The notes under the pieces: generated by a model
What the model saw: only the letters and a program-made list of their open reading frames with translations
Databases searched by the model: none
What the model was told of the DNA's origin: nothing
Position numbers and translations under genes: made by a program
Shown here: one piece after another, positions 36,601 through 48,600 of the stretch
How positions within the stretch are numbered: the first letter of the stretch is position 1
Layout of the letters: the number at the start of each line of letters is the position of its first letter
DNA from: Rebecca billardiae RCC1528
Taxonomy: Eukaryota > Protista > Haptophyta
Direction: 5' to 3'
DNA: 64,000 bases
Assembly (NCBI GenBank): GCA_965240325.2
Contig: OZ251226.1
Span: forward strand, 2,046,001-2,110,000

Positions 36601-39600
36601 TCAGCTCGCCAATCTGGTTCCGAGTACGGCGGACAAGCTTGGCGACGCGCCCGGCGAGATGGGCGACGCGCTGCCGATCGTGGACCTCTCGAACGACGTC
36701 GTGCCTGCGGGTACGGACTACGATGTGCTGAGCGTCGCTCTGGGCCCACGCAGCGTGTCACCGTGCGCGATCGTGCAGGCCGTGCAGGCCTCCGGCGAGC
36801 CACGAAAGCTCAAGTGCTGGGGGGCTTTGGGTTCCTACGCGTACTGTGCGCGCCCTCGCGCCCGCGGACCGCATTGCGCATGTGCCAGCTCGCAGCTCGC
36901 GCCGCGCCCCGCAGCGTGTGCGCACAGGGCGGAAGCGCCGCTCACGCGGCTCATGCCCATCACACCGCGCACGCGCAGTCAACGACGCGAGCGTGGGCCT
37001 CTCCGGCGAGCCGACTCACCCGGTGAACGACCTGAGCACGCTGACCGCGGTGAAGCTGCTCTTGAACGCGGACGGGAGCGCATTCGACATGGCCAACCAA
37101 GACGTCCTCCATGCCGCCACTGACATCTACACCGCCTGCGCAGCGTACCGCAACATGTCTGCCCCAGCCGAGGACGACGCAGTCAAGTGCTGGTGCGTGC
37201 ACGCTCACACGCGCAGATCGTCAGGCGCGCCGATGATGCCCATCGCACGCGTGCGCCCGCACGAGAGCGGGGCGTGCACTGCGCGCGCATATCGGCTGTT
37301 GGCGTGCTGCAGGACGCATATGCGTCCTGCTGCGCTCTCATGCTGCGTCGTGTGCGCGCGGCGGCGCACGCGTGTCACTGCAGGGGATACAATTTTCACA
37401 AGACGCTCGGCTGGCCTCAGCCCTATCCTGACGCCCAAGGCTCGAGTTGGGCAGGGTACCACTTAAACTCTGCCATCGCGGGCAAGGTGTCCATCTCCGT
37501 GTCCCCACCCGTGCGCGTGCTCAAGCTGGCCACGAGCACAAAAGCAACGTGCGCTGTGTACACGGACGGCACGTCGACTGACGGCGGCGCCGAGCCGCAC
37601 CTGAAGTGCTGGTGCGCGCGCAAGCGGCATTGCTCTCATCTGTCCGCCCTGCTGCGCGCGTCCTGCACACGGCCAGGGCGGCGCCAGCGTCTGCGTGCGA
37701 CGCTCACCAGCCCTCCGTGCCGCGCGCGCGCGCCCGACTGCACCAGGGGAGAGAATGACAAGGGCATGCTCGGCCAGCCGAGCACATTCATCGAGCCGAG
37801 GCCGTACGTGGTGGCGAACATCCCGCCAGTGGACTTTGCGTTCTCGCCGTACTCGCCGTCTCCACCGCCGAGCCCGCCGCCGAGCCCGCCGCCGAGCCCG
37901 CCGCCATCACCGCCGCCAAGCCCGCCGCCAAGCCCGCCGCCAAGCCCGCCGCCGAGCCCTCCACCCCCTCCGCCGCCGTCACCACCGCCGAACCCGCCGC
38001 CGAGCCCACCGCCGAGCCCGCCGCCGAGCCCGCCGCCGAGCCAACCGCCGAGCCCGCCGCCATCGCCACCTCCAAGCCCGCCGCCGAGCCCGCCGCCGAG
38101 CCCTCCACCCCGTCCGCCGCCGTCACCACCGCCGAGCCCGCCGCCGAGCCCGCCGCCGAGCCCGCCGCCGAGCCCTCCGCCAAGCCCGCCGCCAAGCCCG
38201 CCGCCGAGCCCTCCACCCCCTCCACCGCCGTCACCACCGCCGAGCCCGCCGCCGAGCCCGCCGCCGAGCCCGCCGCCGAGCCCGCCGCCAAGCCCGCCGC
38301 CATCGCCACCTCCAAGCCCGCCGCCAAGCCCGCCGCCGAGCCCTCCGCCACCTCCGCCGCCATCACCACCCCCAAGTCCACCGCCGAGCCCACCGCCGAG
38401 CCCACCGCCGAGCCCACCGCCGAGCCCGCCGCCGAGCCCGCCGCCATCACCGCCGCCGAGCCCGCCGCCAAGCCCGCCGCCATCACCACCCCCAAGTCCA
38501 CCGCCGAGCCCACCGCCCAGCCCACCGCCGAGCCCGCCACCCAGCCCGCCGCCATCACCACCTCCAAGCCCACCACCGAGCCCGCCGCCGAGCCCGCCGC
38601 CATCACCGCCGCCAAGCCCGCCGCCGAGCCCACCGCCGAGCCCGCCGCCGAGCCCGCCGCCCAGCCCGCCGCCAAGCCCGCCGCCGAGCCCTCCACCCCC
38701 TCCACCGCCGTCACCACCGCCGAGCCCGCCGCCGAGCCCGCCGCCGAGCCCGCCGCCGAGCCCGCCGCCAAGCCCGCCGCCGAGCCCTCCACCCCCTCCG
38801 CCGCCGTCACCACCACCGAGCCCGCCGCCGAGCCCGCCGCCGAGCCCGCCGCCGAGCCCGCCGCCGAGCCCGCCGCCAAGCCCACCGCCATCGCCACCCC
38901 CGTCGCCGCCGCCTTCTCCGCCGCCCTCACCGCCGCCCTCGCCGCCGCCCTCACCGCCGCCGAGCCCGCCACCAAGCCCGCCGCCGAGCCCGCCGCCATC
39001 GCCGCCTCCAAGCCCGCCACCGTCACCGCCGCCATCACCGCCGCCCAGCCCGCCGCCATCGCCACCGCCATCGCCGCCGCCCAGCCCGCCGCCCAGCCCG
39101 CCGCCGAGCCCTCCGCCATCGCCACCTCCAAGCCCACCGCCAAGCCCGCCCCCGAGCCCACCGCCGAGCCCGCCGCCGAGCCCGCCGCCGAGCCCGCCGC
39201 CATCACCACCCCCAAGTCCACCGCCGAGCCCACCGCCGAGCCCACCGCCGAGCCCGCCACCCAGCCCGCCGCCATCACCACCTCCAAGCCCACCACCGAG
39301 CCCGCCGCCGAGCCCGCCGCCATCACCGCCGCCAAGCCCGCCGCCGAGCCCACCGCCGAACCCGCCGCCGAGCCCGCCGCCGAGCCCGCCGCCGAGCCCA
39401 CCACCAAGCCCACCGCCCAGCCCGCCGCCCAGCCCGCCGCCTTCGCCACCCCCGTCGCCGCCGCCTTCTCCGCCGCCCTCACCGCCGCCCTCGCCGCCGC
39501 CCTCACCGCCGCCGAGCCCGCCACCAAGCCCGCCGCCGAGCCCGCCGCCATCGCCGCCTCCAAGCCCGCCACCGTCACCGCCGCCATCACCGCCGCCCAG

Positions 39601-42600
39601 CCCGCCGCCATCGCCGCCGCCATCGCCGCCGCCCAGCCCGCCGCCCAGCCCGCCGCCCAGCCCTCCGCCATCGTCACCTCCAAGCCCACCGCCAAGCCCG
39701 CCGCCGAGCCCACCGCCGAGCCCGCCGCCGAGCCCGCCGCCGAGCCCGCCGCCGAGCCCACCACCAAGCCCACCGCCCAGCCCGCCGCCCAGCCCGCCGC
39801 CTTCGCCACCCCCGTCGCCGCCGCCTTCTCCGCCGCCCTCACCGCCGCCCTCGCCGCCGCCCTCACCGCCGCCGAGCCCGCCACCAAGCCCGCCGCCGAG
39901 CCCGCCGCCATCGCCGCCTCCAAGCCCGCCACCGTCACCGCCGCCATCACCGCCGCCCAGCCCGCCGCCATCGCCACCGCCATCGCCGCCGCCCAGCCCG
40001 CCGCCCAGCCCGCCGCCCAGCCCTCCGCCATCGCCACCTCCAAGCCCACCGCCAAGCCCGCCCCCGAGCCCACCGCCGAGCCCGCCGCCGAGCCCGCCGC
40101 CGAGCCCGCCGCCATCACCACCCCCAAGTCCACCGCCGAGCCCACCGCCGAGCCCACCGCCGAGCCCGCCACCCAGCCCGCCGCCATCACCACCTCCAAG
40201 CCCACCACCGAGCCCGCCGCCGAGCCCGCCGCCATCACCGCCGCCAAGCCCGCCGCCGAGCCCACCGCCGAACCCGCCGCCGAGCCCGCCGCCGAGCCCG
40301 CCACCGAGCCCACCACCAAGCCCACCGCCCAGCCCGCCGCCCAGCCCGCCGCCTTCGCCACCCCCGTCGCCGCCGCCTTCTCCGCCGCCCTCACCGCCGC
40401 CCTCGCCGCCGCCCTCACCGCCGCCGAGCCCGCCACCAAGCCCGCCGCCGAGCCCGCCGCCATCGCCGCCTCCAAGCCCGCCACCGTCACCGCCGCCATC
40501 ACCGCCGCCCAGCCCGCCGCCATCGCCGCCGCCATCGCCGCCGCCCAGCCCGCCGCCCAGCCCGCCGCCCAGCCCTCCGCCATCGTCACCTCCAAGCCCA
40601 CCGCCAAGCCCGCCGCCGAGCCCACCGCCGAGCCCGCCGCCGAGCCCGCCGCCGAGCCCGCCGCCGAGCCCACCACCAAGCCCACCGCCCAGCCCGCCGC
40701 CCAGCCCGCCGCCTTCGCCACCTCCGTCGCCGCCGCCTTCTCCGCCGCCCTCACCGCCGCCCTCGCCGCCGCCCTCACCGCCGCCGAGCCCGCCACCAAG
40801 CCCGCCGCCGAGCCCGCCGCCATCGCCGCCTCCAAGCCCGCCACCGTCACCGCCGCCATCACCGCCGCCCAGCCCGCCGCCATCGCCGCCGCCATCGCCG
40901 CCGCCCAGCCCGCCGCCCAGCCCGCCGCCGAGCCCTCCGCCATCGCCACCTCCAAGCCCACCGCCAAGCCCGCCGCCCAGCCCTCCGCCGGACTCGCCGC
41001 CGAGCCCTCCGCCATCGCCACCGCCCAGCCCACCACCGAGCCCGCCGCCCAGCCCGCCACCTAGTCTACCGCCAAGCCCGCCACCCATCCCGCCGCCCAG
41101 CCCGCCGCCCAGCCAGCCGCCATCGCCACCGCCCAGCCCGCCGCCCAGCCCGCCGCCCAGCCCGCCGCCCAGCCCGCCGCCACCTCCCCCGCCGTCACCA
41201 CCTCCACGCCCACCGCCGAGCCCGCCTCCGAGCCCGCCGCCCAGCCTCCCGCCCAGTCCGCCGCCGAATCCACCCCCTAGCCCGCCGCCCCTGCCATCTC
41301 CTCCGCCGTTGCCACCGCCCCGCCCTCCTCCGCCCTCTCGCCCTCCGCCGAGCCCTTCGCCTGGCCCGCCTCCACCCTCTTCTCCGCCAGACGCGATCTC
41401 GTCGCCGCCATCCCCGCCGCCTACGCCGCCGCCTGCGCCCAGCCCGCCCTCGCCCGGTGTGCCGAACACCGTCTCGGACGTGCTGGTGGGTGTGTACCAC
41501 ACCTGCGTGAGCACGGCGAGCACGGCGGTCTGCTTTGGCGACAACGACCTCGGCAGGGGCAAGGTGGGCAGCGGTGCGAAAACCATCGTGTGGGCTCCGC
41601 CGTACCCGAGCGCGCTCAACTCGGAGTTTGGCGACGGGGCCATTGCGCAGGGGAGCGCTGGCTTCCAACAGACATGCGTCGTGCTTGCGACGGGCGACGC
41701 GTACTGCTTCGGAGGGGGCGAGTACGGCCAGCTTGGCCAGGGCGATGAAGAGGACAAGCGCGCGAACAGTCTGTACAGCAGCGGGCGGCCCATCGCCCTC
41801 GGCGCAGGCGCGCTGGCACTGCAGGCCGCCGCGCGTTGGGATCACTCGTGCGTGCTGCACGCGAGCGCGGCCGGCGCCACTGCGCTCAGCTGCTTTGGGC
41901 GCAACACCGACGGGCAGGTGGGCGGCGGCACACCGGACGCCGCTGTCCTCGTGCCAACCCTCGTCGCGCTCGGCTCGTCCACGCTGCACATCGTGGCCGT
42001 CGACGCGGGCGTGGCGCACACATGCGCGATCGTCGCCGTCGACGGCAAGGCCGGCGACCGCCTCAAGTGCTGGGGTGCGCGCAGTGCGCGACGGAGCAGC
42101 GCGCGAGCGAGAGCGCGCCTTCCCTGCGTACGGTGCGCGACGGTGGGCCCGCCGCACGCGCGCTCGCGATGCTCACACCGCCGCTCTATGCCGCGTGCCC
42201 CGCGCCCATCGCGCAGGCAAGAACAGCTGGGGCCAGCTTGGCTACGACGACACGACTGCGCGCGGCGCGGCGGCCAGCGCCATGGGCGACGCCCTGCCCG
42301 AAGTGGACCTCGCGAGCGGCGTGGGCGCCGACGTCCACGTGGTGCGCGTGAGTGCTGGCTCGGGCGCCACGTGCGCGCTGCTGTGCGCCGCGCCGTGCGC
42401 CCCAGAGGCCGCTGCCGAGCTGCGGGCCAAGTGCTGGGGCGTGGGCAGCTTCTCGCGGCTTGGCTACGGTGCGGCGCGTGCGCGCGGCGCTTGCGCGCGC
42501 TGCGCCCCCTCCCGTCTCCCCGCGAGCGTCGTGCGCGGCGTGCTCTCACCACGCGCGCACGCTCGGCGGCCGCGACCCCCGCACCGGCAGGCACGAGCTG

Positions 42601-45600
42601 GGCGAACATCGGCGCGGCCGCCGGCCAGATGGGCGCGCTGCGGCCCATCGAGCTGCTGCACACGCCCGGCGCGCAGCAGAGCGTCATCGACCTGTCCATC
42701 TTCGAGGACCACGCGTGCGCCGTGTACGCCAACGGCTCCGGCGCGCCGAGTGGCGGCAACGAGCTCAAGTGCTGGTGCGCGCGGCGCGCCGGGTTGCACG
42801 CGGCGCGCGCAGCCTGGCTGACCCTCCCGCCCGCGGATCGGCGCGCGCCGCCACGGCTGCACGCGCAGGGGCCGAAACCGACACGCCAAGCTCGGCCTCG
42901 ACGAGAGCGATCTCGCGGCCGTGTACGCCAACGACGCCAGCCTGCCCGCGGTGCGCGTGTCGAGCTTCGAGCCGGTCTCGGTGCTCCGCGTGCGCGCTGG
43001 GGCGTCGCACACGTGCTGCCTGTACACGGACGCCACGTCGGCCGTCAAGCCGCTCGTCAAGTGCTGGTGTGCGGCCGCGCGCGCCCTCCAGCCGTGGGCA
43101 CGCGGCGCGGCGCGCTCCGCGCGAAGCGTGATGGCCGCCGCGCTGGGCCGAGCACGGGAGACGCGGCGCACGGCACCTGCTGACCGTGTGCGCGCCCACC
43201 TGCCCCGCGCGCGCGCTCACAGGGGGCGCAACGACTTTGGCCAGCTCGGCCAGCCCTTCACGGGGGAGCCGCTCGGCGCGGGAGGCTCCCTGCTACTCGC
43301 GGACGTGCCGCCAGTCGCGCTGAGCTTCAGCGACTCGCCGCTCCCACCGCCTGCCCCGCCGTCCAGCCCTCCGCAGCCGCCGTCGCCCCCGCCGCTGCCC
43401 AGCTCGCCGCCAGCGCTGCCGCCGAGCTCGCCGCCGCAGAGTCCGCCGCCGCCGCCTCGCGCCGCGCCGTTTCCGCCGCCGTCGCCACCGTCACCGCCGC
43501 CGCCGCCGCCGAGCCCGCCGCCCAGCCCGCCGCCCAGCCCGCCGCCCAGCCCGCCGCCCGACGCGCCTCCGAGCCCGCCCCCGTCGCCGCCGCCCTCGCC
43601 GCCACCGCCGCTGCCGCCGCCGCCGCCGCGCTACTCGACCGGCCACGCGTACGACGGCTACCTGGGCGACTGCACCGTCTTTGTCGACCTGGACGGCGAC
43701 CTGAAGCTCGGCCCGGGCGAGCCGTCGTCCGACACGGACGAGAGCGGAGGATTCCTGCTGCTCAACGAGCTGCGTGAGTTTGGCAACGCGCCGTACGTGC
43801 TCACGGCCTCGGACGGCGGCTCGTGCGTGGACGCCGACTCGGGGCTCTCCGTCAAGATCCCGCTGATGGCGGGCGCGAGGCAGACCTCGATCTCCTCGAT
43901 CACGACGATCGTGCTGCTCGCCGCGCGCGAGCTCGAGGCGCGCGGCGTCGACGCGGCGGCAGTCGCCATCCTCTCCGGCGGCTCGGCCTCGAGCGAGGCC
44001 GCGTCCGACCTCGAGCTCGCCACCGAGCTGGCGATCGGCGACTGCCTGAGCCTGGACGTGCTCGCGACGGGCGGGCTCGCCGACCCGTTCCCGAAGCTGT
44101 GGATGGGCGGCGAGCAGTCGAGCGCGCAGGCGGCCCTGGTCGAGCAGACAGCGGTGCTGCACGCCGTGACGACGCTCGTCGCGGGCGCGATCGCCGCGTT
44201 CGAGAGCAGCGACCCGGCCGCGGCCGCGACGCCGAGCAAGATGGCGCCGCACGCGCTGCGCGTGCAGAGCGCGATGTCGCGCGTGATGGCCGGCGCGCTC
44301 GAGGCCACCCTGCGCAACGCGTCTGTGAACCTGACGAGCGGCGAGCTGCTCATCGGAGGCTCGGGCAGCGCCGCTGCGCTCAACATCTCGTGCGAGCTTG
44401 ACCTCGGCTCCGACGCGACGGTGCGCGAGATCATCGACGCGGCCAACGAGCAGGAGGCGCCCGAGCGGCGCGTGCCCGCGGAGACGGTCGCGCCGCTCGC
44501 GCAGGTGGTCTCCGGCGGCGTGCGCTCTGTGCGCTCGTTCGTGCAGCCGGCGGCGATGGATGTGCGCGCCTCCCTCAACGCAACGACCAACGCCACCTCG
44601 GCCGTCTCGTCGTACGTGCGCCGCGTGAGCGCGGGCGGCAGCTTCCTGCAGTCCTCGCTGCTCGGCCTGGTCGCCGCGCCGTTCGCCTTGCTCCGGCAGC
44701 AGAACACGTCCGCGCTGCCGTCCAACGGCAGCGCGGCCACGAACGCGACCAACGGGACCGCTGGCGAGGAGGCGGGCGGTGGCGGCCTGTTTGGCGGCGG
44801 CGGCGGCGGCGGCGGCGGTCTGGGCGCGACGGTGAGCGCACTCGGAGACATCTTCAGCCAAGTGGCGGACGAAGGCGCCAGCCAGGCGAGCCTGGAGGCG
44901 GAGCTGGAGATCGTCGCCGTGAAGGGCCTGGCGGGCAACTGCCCGGAGACGGCGTGGTGCGCCCCGCCGGCGAGCCCGCCGCCACCGTACTCGCCGCCGC
45001 CCGCGCCGCCGCCGCCGGTGCCGCCGTCGCCGCCGAGAAGCCCTCCGCCTCCGAGCCCACCGCCGCCGCCAAGCCCTCGGCCTCCGCCGCCGCCCACGCC
45101 GCCGCCGCCGAGCCCGCCGCCGCCGCCCGTGCCACCGCCGCGCTTCGAGCCGTTCCCGCCGCCCAGCCCGCCCGGCCCAGCGCTCGCGCGCGCCAAGCTC
45201 ACCGGCGTCAGCCCGCGCGGCGCGGCGATCGGCGCGCCGACGGACGTCACGATCGAGGCGAGCGGGCTCGGCCCCGCGCTCGAGCACCGCGAGTCGCTCA
45301 CGTGCGCCTTCTACGTCGAGGGCGACGAGGAGGTGCTCGAGGTGGGCGTGCGCGAGATCAGTGCCACCGCCGTGCGCTGCGAGCCGATCGTCGCGCCCGG
45401 CTTTGCGCTCGCCGTCGTCGTCGAGCTGCGCGCCGCGGGCTCGGAGCCGGCCGCGCTGCTCGCCAGCTCGTCCTTCATGTGGTTTAGCCCGGCGGCCATC
45501 GTGCTGGGAGCGGTGGAGCCGGCGGGCGTGCCCGCCGGCGTGGAGGGGCGCGAGGTGAAGGTGCTCGGCACCGGGCTGCTCGACCTGGGCGCGCTCACGT

Positions 45601-48600
45601 GCCGCTTCGACGGCTGGGCGCTGGCGCCCGCGCAGCTGCGCTCGGCGACCGAGGTGCGGTGCACGCTGCCGCAGCTCGGCGGGCTCGGCGGCGCGGGCAT
45701 GCGCTACGCGGCCGTCGAGCTCTCGCCCAACAACGTCACCTTCGCGCCGACGAGCGCGAGCCTCGCGCTGTACACCGCGGCGGTGACGGCGAGCGAGCCG
45801 GCTGCCACGCCCGCGGGCGCGCCCGCGCCCGTCACGCTGCGCGGCGTCGGCTTTGCGCAGCTCGGCGACGGCGCCGCGGCGGTGTGTGAGTATGCGCGCG
45901 CGGACGACGGCCCGGCCGAGCCCTTCTACAGCTCGGCGCTCGTGCTCGACAACGCCACCGCGCGGTGCGGCGGCATGGCGCCCGCGCGCGCCGTCGCCGG
46001 CGCGCGCTACTCGGTGCGCCTCTCTCTGAACGGCGACGCGCGCGACCTCGTCCTCAGCGCGCGCGGCGAGATTGCAATCTCGACGTACGACCTGAGCGCC
46101 GTGCGCATTGACGCGGTGGAGCCGCTGGGCGGGCCGCTCGGCGCCAGCACGCGCGTGACGCTCACCGGCGTCGGCTTCGGCGGCGAGCTCGCGCGCGACG
46201 GGCTGTGCTGCGTGCTCGACGGCGCGTGCGTCGCGCCCGCCACGCTGCTGCTCAGCGCGCGCGGCGCGAGCGTCGTGCGCGCGGCGTGCACGCTGCCGGC
46301 GGCGGCTGGCGCGAGCCGCGGCGGCGCGCGTTCGCTCGAGCTCTCGCTCGCTCATGGCGCGCCCGGCACGACGACGAGCTTCGGCCACCAGTTCGCGTAC
46401 TACGAGCAGCCGTACTTGAGCGCTGTCTCGCCCGCGCTCGGTGCGCCGACCGGCGGCGAGCTCGTGACGATCACGGGTGGCGGGTTTAGCGAGCTCGCCA
46501 ACGCAACCAACTTGTCGGCGGGCGCGCGCGGCGCAGCCGCGCGCGCAGTGCGCGTGCGCTTCGGCGACGTGCTCGCGCCGCCGCCGCTGCGCGTGACGGA
46601 CGAGCAGATCGTCGTCGCCTCGCCGTTCGGCGCGGCGGGCTCGACGGCGCTCGTGCAGGTCGCGCTGAACGGCCGAGCGTTTGTGAGCACCGAGCCCGAG
46701 CCGTCCGCCAACGCGGCCAACCTCTCGTTCGCGTATGGAGAGGGGCTGCACGCGCCCGCGCTGCTCTCGGCGCGGTACAACGCGGAGGCGACGGCGCTCG
46801 TGCTCCAGCTCGACGCGCAGCCCACCGACCGCGCGGGCATGTCATCGGGCCTCGCGCCGTGCAGCGCCGTGCTCGACGACGCCACCGTGTCGCGCATCCG
46901 CGGCGCCGAGCCGACGGCGCCGCTCTGCTTTTGGGAGGACGACAGCATGCTCGTTGCGCGGCTCGGCCCGCTGACGCAGATCGCGCCGGGCGACGCGGTG
47001 GCGCTACGTGCGGGCACGCTCCGCCCACGCGCCGCGCCGCCGCCGCCCGTCGGAGGCGGCGCGTGCGCCGACGGGCTCTGCGCGACCGACGCTTCGGTGC
47101 TCATTCCCCTGGACGAAGACAGCGCGTGCGTGGGCGGCTGCCCGCTGCCGAGCGCGCGCATCGTCGGCCCGGAGAGCGTCTCCGCGTGCCCAGGCCAGCC
47201 ACTCACGCTGCGCTCGACCGGCTCAGGGGGCGGCGGGATCGCGCCGCTCGCGTACGAGTGGAGCGTGGACACGACCACCCTCGGCGCGGCGGCGGCCGCC
47301 GAGCTCCTCGCCGCCGTCTCGTCGTCGGGCACGCCTACGCTCAGCGTTGCGCTGCCGCCGGGCGACGTATTCGGCTTTGGCCTCCGCGTCTCCTCCTTCC
47401 TCGGCTTCGCCTCCGAGCGCACGGCCTTCACCGTGCGCCGCTCGGCGGCGCTCGATCCGGTCGTCACGCTCCTCGGGCCCGCGCGGCGCGCCGTGCGGCC
47501 AGGCCAGCCCGCGGTGCTGCGCGTGAGCGCGCGGCCTGCGAGCTGCTGGCCGCCGCCGCCCGCAGAGGGTGAGGCGGCAGCGTCGAGCGCGATCGGCTTC
47601 GAGTGGAGCATGGTGGCCGCCGTGCCGACCGACGGCTCGGCCGGCCCGACGCCGCCAGTCCCCTTCGACGCAGCCGCGGCCGCGCTGGACAAGCTGGCGC
47701 TGCAGCCATGGTCGCTCCGCGCAGGGTACACGTACACGCTGCGCGTGACGGCGAGCATGACGGCCGACGCGGCGCTGAGCGCGGCCGCGCAGCTCGAGCT
47801 CGTCGTGCAGCCGCAGCCGGTGCGCGCCGTGATCGCGTCGGGCGACCGCACCGCGTCGACTGCGGCCGCGACGATCACCTTCGACGGCTCCGGCTCCGTC
47901 GACGAGAACGTGGGCGACGGTGAGCAGCTCGAGTACAGCTGGGCGGTGTCGGCTGCTCCCGTGGCAGGCGCCGAGTCCGCGCCGCCGCCGCCGCCGCCGC
48001 TCGTGTCGGCGAGCGGCAGTGGACCAGGCTCCTCGACGCTGTCGCTCGCGCCGGCGGAGCTCGGCGGCAGCGCGGGCGAGTACGTCGTCACGCTCACCGT
48101 CTCGAGCACCGACGGCCGCTCCGACGGCGCGAGTGTCGCGCTCACGCTGCTCGCGCCGAGCGCGTCAGGCGTGCCGCTCGCGCAGCCTGCGCTTTCGCTC
48201 GGCCGCGGCCCTCTCGCCAAGTTCGGCACAGAGTGGGACGCGCCCGAGCAGTCGATCGCCGTGCTCGTGGGCCTCGACCCGCCCTCGCGGCAGCTGCAGG
48301 CGCAGGGCGTGGTCACCTACACGTACGCGTGGAGCCTGTACGAGCGCGCGGGCGCGGGCGCGCTCGTGCCCGCGCGCGCGGCCGACGGCTCGGCGCTCGA
48401 TCTGGCCGACGAGATCGGCGCGACGACGACGGGCGCGGCCAAGCCGTCGCTCGTGTTCCGCAGCGGCGCGCTCGTCGCCGGCGTGACGTACGCGCTGCGG
48501 CTGGAGGTGCGCGCCGGCGCGGACGACGCGCAGCCCTCCGTCTCGCAGCTCGAGCTCGTGACCAACCGGCCGCCGTACGGCGGCGCGCTGACGGCCAGCC

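Noticed and set aside
37636-41793. Long Gly-rich, Arg-rich and Ala-rich ORFs in other frames
   Set aside because: Shadows of the SPPP repeat; only the SPPP frame joins RCC1 coding sequence on both sides.
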